Position numbers and translations under genes: made by a program
Origin: an uncultured Anaerolineales bacterium
GTDB taxonomy: Bacteria > Chloroflexota > Anaerolineae > B4-G1 > SLSP01
Direction of reading: 5' to 3'
NCBI GenBank assembly: GCA_964530185.1
Contig: CAZHBB010000003.1
Coordinates: 13,563 to 77,562, forward strand
Length of the DNA stretch: 64,000 nucleotides
Shown here: in pieces, positions 9,437 through 18,427 of the stretch
Layout of the letters: each line of letters starts with the position of its first letter
Numbering within the stretch: position 1 is the stretch's first letter
The notes under the pieces: model-generated
Database searches by the model: none
The model's input: the letters and a program-made list of their open reading frames with translations, nothing else
What the model was told of the DNA's origin: nothing

Positions 9437-10420
9437 ATGGCCGACAACCCAGATCTGTGGGCCTGGTTCGTCTTCAAGAGCGGTCTGTCACCGATCCGCG
9501 CAAAGGAGCTTTTGGTCGCCTGGGAGAGGCGTGGATTGACTCTGAGTGAGGCCCTGAGGCAATTACCTCAGGCCGCAGCAGAACTTGGCCTGACACCAGA
9601 CGAGACACATGGCCTGCGGAGGCCGGATCATCTGACCTCGATGAGAGCACTGACCTGGCACCATGAACTCTACCCCGCTGGGTTGCGTCATTTACCCTTG
9701 AGACTACGTCCGGCTCTTCTCTTTTACCGGGGAGAGGTCTCGTTGCTGAGCCGCCCCCTTGTCCTCCTGGGGCCCACGCAGCCTACACAACAGACGCCGA
9801 TAGATCTTCTGGAGGAGACACTGGATCTGATCCTCGGTGAGGCCTGGGCCATTGGAGCCTTTGACCATACACCTCAGGCCACATTGTTGCTGAATGCGTT
9901 GAGCCACACCGAAGGCGAGGCTGTTCTCTTCTTACGCAGCGGACTGGAAGCCAGGCAGTGGTGTGACAAGGAGCTGACCTTCCTTAAGACACAGCGCTTG
10001 GTCGCCCTCTCGCCGTTGCCGCCCCAGACACCTGAAGCGCCTGCGTGGGTCCCGTTGCTTGAACACGTAGCTATAGCAGCCGCCAGCCGTATCATCACAG
10101 CGGGATCTCAAGAAGTCATCACTCAGTTCGCTCAGCGGTGTTTCGACAAACCTCTTCTCGGCCTCACGGAGCATATCCCTGCAAACACAAAGAAGGCAGG
10201 CTATTTCGCGATCACCGACCAACCAACGGATATCCTCATATGGCTGACCGACGAGAGCGCATTGACAAATAGGGACCTACGCGAGACTGACACCCAGCCG
10301 CCGATGGAGCAGCCGAAGCCTGAGTTATCGCCCGGTGAGATTTTGGCCATCTTGGAGAGCGGCGGCAAGATCCCATCAGCCTTGCGAAAACGGCTGACCT
10401 CACACAATCAGGGAGAATAG
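9437..10420 (+). CDS. Hypothetical protein with a degenerate DprA/Smf-like fold
   Basis: The start codon abuts the dtd stop. The region ...LYPAGLRHLPLRLRPALLFYRGEVSLLSRPLVLLGPTQ... resembles the DprA YP..L..I.dPP.vLfvrG....l..p.vAiVGsR block, but the GSR and SGxAxGiD motifs are not conserved. There is a C-terminal extension of about 100 aa. Confidence 0.35.
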   Translation: MADNPDLWAWFVFKSGLSPIRAKELLVAWERRGLTLSEALRQLPQAAAELGLTPDETHGLRRPDHLTSMRALTWHHELYPAGLRHLPLRLRPALLFYRGEVSLLSRPLVLLGPTQPTQQTPIDLLEETLDLILGEAWAIGAFDHTPQATLLLNALSHTEGEAVLFLRSGLEARQWCDKELTFLKTQRLVALSPLPPQTPEAPAWVPLLEHVAIAAASRIITAGSQEVITQFAQRCFDKPLLGLTEHIPANTKKAGYFAITDQPTDILIWLTDESALTNRDLRETDTQPPMEQPKPELSPGEILAILESGGKIPSALRKRLTSHNQGE

Positions 10421-10423
10421 CAA

Positions 10424-10981
10424 TCACTCCCAAGGCGCACCCACAAGGGCAACGGCGTCGATCTGATTCCACCATCCCGTTCGCGATTCATCCAGGTCAA
10501 CCCTCACAACGGCAACAGGATGGTCAGGCGGCAGGAAGCGCGCAACCAGCACGCCCGGGCAGGGCTCGTGAGTATCCTCACCCTCCCAGACAACCGTTGC
10601 AGTCCCCAGCGCATCAATGAGAGTGATGCGAGAGACCGCACCACGCCCATAGCTCTGGACGACTCGCACCTCAAAAGCTTGCACAGGGACAGCATAGCGA
10701 AGCTCCAGCCACTCCACTCCGTTACCTCGCGCCGAGGCCCAGGCCCGCGCGTCATCCTGGCAAGCCGCAATCTCAGGCGCCCCTGTGGCGCGACGCGCGC
10801 TCCAGTCTGGTATCCCATACTGTGAACTTGCTGTTGCTGCAATCGCCCATTGGGTAACCATCGCTGGCGTTGGCGTCGCGTCTGATCCTCGCTCCGAAGC
10901 TTGCAGGAGCACGCAGCCACTCAACAGCGCTGTCAATAGGAGAACACTCACGGGCAGAATTTGCAGTTTCACACCTGTCAT
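10424..10981 (-). CDS. Predicted lipoprotein, possibly with a discoidin/galactose-binding-like domain
   Basis: A signal peptide with lipobox LLSGC is present. The mature region has a W/aromatic pattern reminiscent of F5/8-type-C domains; this is a weak call. Confidence 0.4.
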   Translation of the reverse strand: MTGVKLQILPVSVLLLTALLSGCVLLQASERGSDATPTPAMVTQWAIAATASSQYGIPDWSARRATGAPEIAACQDDARAWASARGNGVEWLELRYAVPVQAFEVRVVQSYGRGAVSRITLIDALGTATVVWEGEDTHEPCPGVLVARFLPPDHPVAVVRVDLDESRTGWWNQIDAVALVGAPWE

Positions 10982-11120
10982 CCGTATCTATTCTAAGACG
11001 GAAGGGCCGATTGCCAAACCTGTGGATCTACACCTCATGAGCTGCGAGACGTGAATTGACTCTAACATTCTTGACAGTCGAAGGTGGTCCCTTGTCGGAC
11101 ACTCTCTTTTGCGGAAAGTG

Positions 11121-11149
11121 TTGACATATGGGCTTTTGCGTGTTAGAAT
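11121..11149 (+). promoter_or_regulatory. Sigma-70-type promoter upstream of the first RpiR regulator (TTGACA-17-TAGAAT)
   Basis: Consensus -35 and near-consensus -10 hexamers with a 17-nt spacer, about 40 nt upstream of the CDS. Confidence 0.5.
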
Positions 11150-11190
11150 GGAATTGAAACAAAAAAATCATCAAGAGACTGGTATACACC

Positions 11191-12135
11191 ATGAGCGCTA
11201 GACGACGATTTGACCCCTTTGCAATGAGACCCGAGGAAGTAGGGCTGTTTAAGGAGCGCATCCGCGAGAACTACGACCGCTTGACCCCAGGTTTCCGCCG
11301 GCTGGCCGATTTCATCATGAACAACACGCTGGACGTCGCCTTTTTCACCGCCACCGAGCTGGCCCGCTATGTGGGAGTGGATGCAGCCACAGTGGTCCGG
11401 TTCTCTCAGGAGATCGGCTATTCGGGCTACAGGGAACTGTCGCGCGAGATCAAACGCTATGTGCGTAATCGGTTGGTCTCCGCACGAGGCGAGGCTGCCA
11501 AGGCAGAGACCACAGAGGGCAAGTTGAGGATTGTCGCCGACTACGCAGCCGAGACCTTGCGAGAGTTCTCCGCTACGGAGCTGGAGAGAGTTGCCAGAGC
11601 GGTGGATCTCCTGACTCAGGCCCGCCACATCTGGCTGGCTGGCGAGTACAGTGAATATTACCTCGCTGAGTTCCTGGCCAAGCGGCTACAATCGATGGGG
11701 ATTGAAGCTACCTCGTTTATGCCCTCTATGGCTGAGGCCAGCACAATCCTGACCCAGATGGAAACCGGAGATGTATTGGTCGCCATTATCGGGCTGGACC
11801 CTGGTGTCGAAGTGGGTCATGCCATCCAGTTGGCCAAGGCCGCAGGTGTGAAAACCATCGCGGTCACCACGTCTGGCCTTGCGTTAGGCGCACGCCACGC
11901 TGATGTGACCCTGCTGGTCCCGGACGATAGCCCCGCAGAAGTGTCAGCGTTTGGCCCGCTGATGCAAGTGTTGAGCCTGATCTGGGAGACCATGATGATG
12001 CAGCAGCCGGAGAGGGTTGCGGAGCACCATCGTGTCCTACCAGAGTTGATGCGCCGCCTCGTGGAACTGCGGGCAACAACCCCAGAACATGAAGTGGGGG
12101 CACCTCAGAGCATCTGGCGGGAGAACATTGGTTAG
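11191..12135 (+). CDS. MurR/RpiR family transcriptional regulator (HTH_6 + SIS domain)
   Basis: An N-terminal RpiR-type HTH (FFTATELARYVGVDAATVVRFSQEIGYSGYRELSREIKRYVR) is followed by a SIS domain. The start could be 11191 or the ATG at 11224. Confidence 0.75.
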   Translation: MSARRRFDPFAMRPEEVGLFKERIRENYDRLTPGFRRLADFIMNNTLDVAFFTATELARYVGVDAATVVRFSQEIGYSGYRELSREIKRYVRNRLVSARGEAAKAETTEGKLRIVADYAAETLREFSATELERVARAVDLLTQARHIWLAGEYSEYYLAEFLAKRLQSMGIEATSFMPSMAEASTILTQMETGDVLVAIIGLDPGVEVGHAIQLAKAAGVKTIAVTTSGLALGARHADVTLLVPDDSPAEVSAFGPLMQVLSLIWETMMMQQPERVAEHHRVLPELMRRLVELRATTPEHEVGAPQSIWRENIG

Positions 12136-12264
12136 GCAGCGACTGCGCCCGACCAAGGGGATAGGCGACCATAAGCACTGACGTGGTTTTAGACCAGCGA
12201 TCGGTCCCAAAGAACAAATATGAAGGCCTGAGGCATGGCCAGATAATTATCATGGAGGTGAAAA

Positions 12265-13140
12265 GTGTTCAAGGAACGCATTCGTGAGTACTACGACGAC
12301 TTGACCCCAGGGTTCAGAAAACTTGCTGACTTCTTGGTCCTCAACACGATGGACGCTGCATTCTTGACAGCCAGTGAGTTGGCGAGACAGGTGGGAGTAG
12401 ACCCCGCTACGGTGGTGCGATTCTCTCAAGAGATCGGCTATTCAGGTTACAGGGAACTCTCCCGTGAAATCAAGCGCTATGTACGGGATCAGGTCACTGC
12501 CACCTACCGGGAGGCCAAGGAAGCCAAGACCGAAGAAGATGTCCTCAATGTGATCCTCGACAACACAGAACAGCAGTTACAGCATTTCCGCGCCACCGAG
12601 ATCCCCTCGCTTGCCAAGGCCATTGAAGTTCTGAAGCAGGCCAGCCGGATATGGATCACAGGTGAATTCACGTCATTCGATCTGGCTGCCTACTTGGCCA
12701 AGGCACTGAGTCCCACCGTCGGCGTGCCAACCAAGTATTTCCACCCCAGCATCTCCGAAACCGCAGCCGCCGTGGCTCAGATGAAGAAAGGTGATGCTCT
12801 GCTTGCACTGGCAATCGGCATCCCTGGCCTGGACACCGGCTATGCAGTCCACCTGGCAAAGGAGAAGGGGCTCCAAACCATCTGTGTGACAAACTCAGGA
12901 ACCGTGCTCCCTGCCCGCGAAGCCGATATTACCCTTGTAATACCGACACGCAGCCCGCTTGCCGTGGCCAGCTACAATCTATCTCTGCTGATCCTTGGTG
13001 TGATATGGGAAGCTCTGGTGGCAAGTCGCGTTGAGAAAGCCGCCGAGGCGTTCACGGCAGTCCACAGCAACATGAGTGAGATCCTTGAGCTACGCGGACA
13101 GACAAAGCCTTTCGAGGTGAGCACATTGGAAACCGAGTGA
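12265..13140 (+). CDS. MurR/RpiR family transcriptional regulator (paralogue of the upstream gene)
   Basis: GTG start with a GGAGGTG RBS. It has the same HTH_6 + SIS architecture as the upstream gene and is near-identical to it in the HTH region. Confidence 0.8.
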   Translation: MFKERIREYYDDLTPGFRKLADFLVLNTMDAAFLTASELARQVGVDPATVVRFSQEIGYSGYRELSREIKRYVRDQVTATYREAKEAKTEEDVLNVILDNTEQQLQHFRATEIPSLAKAIEVLKQASRIWITGEFTSFDLAAYLAKALSPTVGVPTKYFHPSISETAAAVAQMKKGDALLALAIGIPGLDTGYAVHLAKEKGLQTICVTNSGTVLPAREADITLVIPTRSPLAVASYNLSLLILGVIWEALVASRVEKAAEAFTAVHSNMSEILELRGQTKPFEVSTLETE

Positions 13141-13163
13141 TTCTCAGACTGACCTACAGCTTT

Positions 13164-13207
13164 GAGACCCGCTACACCTGGCTCCAAAAGCCTGCGTAGC
13201 GGGTCTC
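13164..13207. repeat. 12-bp perfect inverted repeat with a 20-nt spacer between convergent genes
   Basis: GAGACCCGCTAC-(20 nt)-GTAGCGGGTCTC. There are no T-runs on either side. Confidence 0.35.
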
Positions 13208-13226
13208 TGTCACTAGACTGCCTGAA

Positions 13227-13643
13227 TCAGAACCACCGACTAAACAGGATCCGAACGAGCCAACTGACAGCCCGCACCAAGAGGAAGAAAGCGCCGAACA
13301 AGAAGGCCATACCTAACAACGCTGCTAAGATGTTGAGACCACGCGCATCTTTCCGGGTTAATCGCTTTCCAGCCACGGCTAAAGCATCAGCCCCCCCGAT
13401 CAGACCTCCCACGACCCCACCCCAAAGGACATATTGCATCAAACTTCCACTGATCAGCCCTGCCCCACGCGCGAGCGAGGCCGCCACCAATGCTAGCAGC
13501 CCACCGACAACAGCCCCAAACATCTGGCGGCCCCAACTGTCCGTAGCCTGGGTGGCTGTCTCGTGCCCATCGGTGGCGCTCTCATGTTGCTCTTCATTAA
13601 CTGGCTCAGGTTCTGCCATGTGACCCTCAATTCTGTGTGACAT
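13227..13643 (-). CDS. Small membrane protein with glycine-zipper-like transmembrane segments (hypothetical)
   Basis: 138 aa: an acidic N-terminus followed by three predicted TM helices rich in GxxxG. The alternative start at 13619 has a weak RBS. Confidence 0.4.
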   Translation of the reverse strand: MSHRIEGHMAEPEPVNEEQHESATDGHETATQATDSWGRQMFGAVVGGLLALVAASLARGAGLISGSLMQYVLWGGVVGGLIGGADALAVAGKRLTRKDARGLNILAALLGMAFLFGAFFLLVRAVSWLVRILFSRWF

Positions 13644-13785
13644 CTCAGATACGATTACAGTCTACACGGTGTGGCGAGTGGCGCAAATCGAATCCGTAGG
13701 CAACGTCGTCTCGCCGAAGTTCTTTGCCCGGGGACCACTATGGAAAACATGGGCGCTGCGTCCAGCTGTGCTATACTATTGCACT

Positions 13786-16071
13786 ATGTCCGGATGGCAC
13801 GGTCAACAGTCCACCAGGCGTACACCATCAGCACGACGCGCTCTCAGAGATCGCAGTCTGTGGCTCATCATCATTGCCTTCTGGACCCTCGCGACGGCCT
13901 GGAACTTCATCGTCCCACCTTACGAGAACCTGGATGAACTGGAGCACGCTGAGGTTGTGCGCCATATCGTCATCACGGGGAAATTGCCCATCCATGGTAC
14001 TGCGGAGGCCGCAGGGTATCGCGTACGCCAGGAAGCATCTCAGCCCCCGCTTTATCATATACTTGCAGCTTTGTGGTCGCGGGCCCTGGGACTTCCTACT
14101 GACCCCCATGCCCCCGAGCCCACACCCCCCACTGTCGTGGCATGTGGGCTCACTGGCACTCTGTACAACAAAGCTACATGGATACACAATCCAGCGGAGG
14201 AGGCACTCCCCTGGCACGGTGCGATCCTGACACTCCATGCACTCCGGATCTTCTCAATGCTACTTCAGACCTTCACGCTCCTGGGGACATGGGTGCTGGT
14301 CAGACGGGTGTTTCCCGCGGGACCAACTGCGTGGCTGGCCACCAGCCTGGTCGCCTTCAACCCCCAATTCCTCCTCATGACCGCCGATGTCAACAACGAC
14401 AACGCCGTGGTACCGCTGGCGACATGGGGGCTAGTCCTCGCGTACGATCTCTGGCGCCACGGCCATCAAGGATGGCGAGCCTGGGTTTTGGGCCTCGTCA
14501 GCGGACTGGCCGCACTGAGCAAATTGAGTGGTCTGGGCGTCGCCGGACTGGGGCTTCTCGCGCTCATAGCCCGCTGGGCCCAGCGACGGGAATCCTTCAC
14601 TCGAACCGTATTGCACAGCGCGGCGATCATGCTGCCCGCGGCCCTGTTATTGGTCCCCTGGATCTGGCGCAACCTCCAGCTCTACAGTGACCCTACGGCG
14701 CTCGCGCCTATGTTGGAGAAAGTCGGGTACCGGACCAGCTCCCCAGGATGGGGGGATTTCTGGATGACGTGGGCTTCATTTTGGGGACAACTTCCGTGTG
14801 CTTTCTATCCCCGTGTTTTCTATCTTCCCTATGGCATCGTCACACTGGGCGGGTTAATCGGCCTGGCCCTTCAGTGGCGGCGGCTCTCACCCTCAGTGCG
14901 GGCCTTATCTCTCCTGTCCATCATCTGGTATCTGGTGATCACCGGAGCATGGTGGCGATGGAACACCATCACACCCGCTCCTGGTGGACGGCTCCTCTTC
15001 CCGGCGATAGCCGCAGGTGCCTTCATCCTCGCCACCGGGTGGCGGGTCGCGGGGAAACGTGCCAGCATGATCTGGAGCATTCTCCTCCCAATGTGGGTGG
15101 TGCTCACACTGCGCATAGGGCCAGTGGAGGCTTTTGCCTACCCACGTGTCCTGCCTGCTGCCAAATTCGCTAAGGGAATGTCGGTTGCGCAAGCTGGTGA
15201 CGCCATCAAACTCCTACACTACACGGCGCGTATCATCCCCCATGACCCAGCATGCGTCTTCGTCTCCCATGCGTATTGCCAGCCGACACTCGATCTGACG
15301 TTGACATGGCAGGCAGAGCGCTCCATAGAGCAAAACCTCACCATGGTGGTCCAATTCGTCTCCCTGGCTCCCGGCGACACCACTCTGCGTCTCAACTACA
15401 ACCACTGGCCCGGCCGAGGCAACCTACCCACTCGTCTCTGGCCCGTGGGCCAGCCCCTCCGCGACCATTACCGGATACCCTTGCCCCGATCGCCCTACGA
15501 GACCCAAGCCTGGCGTCTGACCGTGGCATGGGTAGATCCTGTCGACAGCTCCAGACTCCCGACATACAACGCCGCTGGGGAGCCAACGGGTAACGTGATA
15601 GACCTGGGGCTCTGCCGCGTGCCTGGCGTCGCCCCGCCTGAACCGGGCTGGCATCACCCTGCCACCCCCGTCGACTTTCGACTCTCTGGAGCCAGCCCGT
15701 GGGGCCTCCGGTTGAGTGACGCTCGTGTGACGCCCGGCTCACAAGGCGATCCATGGCAGGTCGCTCTCGTCTGGGAGAGCTTAGCGCCAATCGATAGCGA
15801 CCTGACAGTCTTCGTACACGCCTACGACTCGTCTGGGACCCTGTTGACAGGAGGTGACGGCCCACCGCGCGGGGGAACATTTCCGACGCACCTCTGGTTG
15901 CCGGGGGATCGGATCGTGGATAGCCACACCCTGGCGATCACGGAGGACATGGATGTGGAAGCCATCGCAGTAGGCCTCTACGACGCAACAACAGGCGCGC
16001 GCGCCGAGGCCTTGCAACAGGGACAGTTATTACCAGACGGTGCGGTCATCCTCTGGCGCGCCAAGCCATGA
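13786..16071 (+). CDS. GT-C-fold membrane glycosyltransferase (ArnT/PMT-like) with a repeated C-terminal extracytoplasmic domain
   Basis: Multi-TM N-terminal half with a YENLDELEH acidic motif in the first loop, consistent with the DE motif of GT-C enzymes. The C-terminal roughly 300 aa contain repeats of a domain with the pattern VFVH..D..G.L...D..P..G.YPT..W.PG..I.D.H.L. The start is ambiguous: the ORF track gives 13669, and 13786 is the first ATG downstream of a TATACT -10. Confidence 0.6.
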   Translation: MSGWHGQQSTRRTPSARRALRDRSLWLIIIAFWTLATAWNFIVPPYENLDELEHAEVVRHIVITGKLPIHGTAEAAGYRVRQEASQPPLYHILAALWSRALGLPTDPHAPEPTPPTVVACGLTGTLYNKATWIHNPAEEALPWHGAILTLHALRIFSMLLQTFTLLGTWVLVRRVFPAGPTAWLATSLVAFNPQFLLMTADVNNDNAVVPLATWGLVLAYDLWRHGHQGWRAWVLGLVSGLAALSKLSGLGVAGLGLLALIARWAQRRESFTRTVLHSAAIMLPAALLLVPWIWRNLQLYSDPTALAPMLEKVGYRTSSPGWGDFWMTWASFWGQLPCAFYPRVFYLPYGIVTLGGLIGLALQWRRLSPSVRALSLLSIIWYLVITGAWWRWNTITPAPGGRLLFPAIAAGAFILATGWRVAGKRASMIWSILLPMWVVLTLRIGPVEAFAYPRVLPAAKFAKGMSVAQAGDAIKLLHYTARIIPHDPACVFVSHAYCQPTLDLTLTWQAERSIEQNLTMVVQFVSLAPGDTTLRLNYNHWPGRGNLPTRLWPVGQPLRDHYRIPLPRSPYETQAWRLTVAWVDPVDSSRLPTYNAAGEPTGNVIDLGLCRVPGVAPPEPGWHHPATPVDFRLSGASPWGLRLSDARVTPGSQGDPWQVALVWESLAPIDSDLTVFVHAYDSSGTLLTGGDGPPRGGTFPTHLWLPGDRIVDSHTLAITEDMDVEAIAVGLYDATTGARAEALQQGQLLPDGAVILWRAKP

Positions 16072-18392
16072 ATACGATGGACAGAGTAGTTCGCTGGCCG
16101 GGGATTGCACGTGACCTATTGCTGATCCTGGTGGCCTTCACTATCCTGACCGCACTCTACAACCTATTTACTCCTATCTTTGAGGCCCCAGATGAAGTCT
16201 GGCACTACGCCCATCTCCGGTGGTTGGCTGAGGGACATGGATTGCCTTCTCTGATCGACGACCGCAGCGGCGCCTATCAGGAAGCCGCCCAACCCCCACT
16301 CTACTATGCCTCAGCCGCGCTTCTCAGCTACACCATTCCCGATGATGACCTTCCCTCCTTGATGTGGCACAATCCCGGTTTCGGGTTCCAGGCACCAGGG
16401 ACAGTCGCCGACAACAAGAACATGCTTATCCACACGACACGCGAGAGATGGCCCTGGCGAGGGGCGGTCCTGGCTGTCCACGTCGCCCGCCTCACCTCCT
16501 GGCTCTACGGGCTGATAGCCGTTTCCGCAGCCTGGGGCTTAGGAATGGAGACCTTCGGTGACCGCCACGGTGCTCGTCTCACCGCCGCATGGCTCGCCTT
16601 CCACCCACAGTTCGTTTTTATCTCCAGCGTGATCAACAATGACGCCGCCGCCACCGCCCTAGCCACGGTGGTGCTTTGGCGTTGTGCCCGGGCTTTGCGC
16701 CGCGGCATCCAACGATACGACAGCCTGCTATTGGGCATGGCAGTGGGGTTGGCCACCCTGGCTAAGACCAGTCTGCTGGCACTGATCCCCATCGGATTAG
16801 GGGCGATTGCCCTCGCACACGTGCTGCATCGAGGCAAGCACACGTCGTTCACCAACCGGTTCTCTCTCTCTTCTCTGGCCAGCTATCTGCTGGGCGTTGC
16901 CATCATAGGTGGATGGTGGTACGCACGCAACTGGATGCTCTACCAGGACCCACTTGGCCTTAGCACACACCTCAGAACCCCCTGGGGACGTCCAGCAACG
17001 CTTTCCCTGCCAGATCTCATCCCAGAGATCCCCCTGGTCTTGCGCTCATTCTGGGCAGCTTACGGGTGGGGACATGTGACATGGCCTCCAATCTACTACA
17101 TACTGCTCTGGACATTGGCGCTTTGCCTCATCGCCGCAGCCCTTTGGACACTGGGGCGCAACTGGTACACATGGCTTAAACGCCCTCAAGAGAAACGAGG
17201 GACAGGATTCTCCCTTCCAGAGCCATCGGTCCTGATAGCTACGCTCTCTCTCTTCTGGGCAGCCGCGATAGTCGCCGCGCTCGTCCACTGGATGCAACAG
17301 GTGGAGGCCCCTCATGGTCGCCTCCTCTTCCCGGCGTTAGGAAGCTGGGGGATTGTCCTCACATGGGGTGCGTTGGAGTTGCGGCATCGCTCACCCCGGC
17401 TCGGGATCCTCATCACGCGGGGCCTCCTGGGCCTCATGGCGACTTTAAGCATCCTGGCCCCAGGAGCCCGTATCGCCAGCACCTTCAGCATGCCGCGGCT
17501 CCTCTCGCCCTCAGAGATCACGACCCGGTGTGAGACACCGGTCAACCTGCATTACGACGAGCTCGCCCAGCTCTCATGCTTGAAGATCGAGCCACAGCGA
17601 GTCAGGGTAGGAGAAAAGGTCGCCGTAAGCGCCTGCTGGATCGCCCTGGCTCCTATCGAGCGAGACTACACCGTCTTCGTGCACATCCTGGGTCCAGATA
17701 TGATGCGCGTTGGAGAGCGTCATACATATCCAGGGCTGGGCAGGTATCCTACGACACTGTGGTCACCCGGATTGGGGTTCTGTGAGACCTATCGTGTGCA
17801 GATCTCCACCTGGGCTGAGGCCCCCCTGCGCTATCAGGTGGAAATTGGCCTATTCGAGCCCGAGACCGGCGCACGACTGCCCGTCACTGATGCCCTGGGC
17901 CACTCTATGGCTCCCCCGGTGGCAGGGCACCTGGTGATCACGCCACTTGAACCCTTCGAGCCAAGACCCAGCCGCTTACTCGCTGCCCACCTAGGTGAAG
18001 GGATTGAATTACTCGGTGCAGATATTCCCTCAGGCGCTCAAATCGGCGACCGCGTCCCCATCACCCTCTATTGGAAGGCCAAACACACTCTCGCCCACGA
18101 CTATGTCGCTTTCGTCCACCTGTGGCGACCTGGGGACAACGCACCTCTCGCACAACACGACAGTCAGCCCCGCGCAGGTTGGTATCCAGTATCCGCGTGG
18201 GGCCCCAACGACGTCATATCGGACACACACATCCTGGAGATTCCCTCGGCGATGACACCTGGCACGTACCCCTTATGGGCCGGGCTGTACGATCCCGTGG
18301 ATGGGACGCGGCTTGCAGCCTATGGCCCGGACGGGCGTTACACGGACGACTTAGTCCCCCTCGGCACAATCGAAGTGCAATCACCGCCCTAA
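16068..18392 (+). CDS. GT-C-fold membrane glycosyltransferase (paralogue of the upstream gene)
   Basis: The ATGA overlap with the upstream stop indicates translational coupling. An FEAPDEVWH motif is present, with the same multi-TM core and three copies of the C-terminal repeat domain (YTVFVHILGPD..., YVAFVHLWRPGD..., ...). Confidence 0.65.
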   Translation: MNTMDRVVRWPGIARDLLLILVAFTILTALYNLFTPIFEAPDEVWHYAHLRWLAEGHGLPSLIDDRSGAYQEAAQPPLYYASAALLSYTIPDDDLPSLMWHNPGFGFQAPGTVADNKNMLIHTTRERWPWRGAVLAVHVARLTSWLYGLIAVSAAWGLGMETFGDRHGARLTAAWLAFHPQFVFISSVINNDAAATALATVVLWRCARALRRGIQRYDSLLLGMAVGLATLAKTSLLALIPIGLGAIALAHVLHRGKHTSFTNRFSLSSLASYLLGVAIIGGWWYARNWMLYQDPLGLSTHLRTPWGRPATLSLPDLIPEIPLVLRSFWAAYGWGHVTWPPIYYILLWTLALCLIAAALWTLGRNWYTWLKRPQEKRGTGFSLPEPSVLIATLSLFWAAAIVAALVHWMQQVEAPHGRLLFPALGSWGIVLTWGALELRHRSPRLGILITRGLLGLMATLSILAPGARIASTFSMPRLLSPSEITTRCETPVNLHYDELAQLSCLKIEPQRVRVGEKVAVSACWIALAPIERDYTVFVHILGPDMMRVGERHTYPGLGRYPTTLWSPGLGFCETYRVQISTWAEAPLRYQVEIGLFEPETGARLPVTDALGHSMAPPVAGHLVITPLEPFEPRPSRLLAAHLGEGIELLGADIPSGAQIGDRVPITLYWKAKHTLAHDYVAFVHLWRPGDNAPLAQHDSQPRAGWYPVSAWGPNDVISDTHILEIPSAMTPGTYPLWAGLYDPVDGTRLAAYGPDGRYTDDLVPLGTIEVQSPP

Positions 18393-18427
18393 ATCCGGGG
18401 CGCAGAGACAGGCGGATAGTCCCTGCC

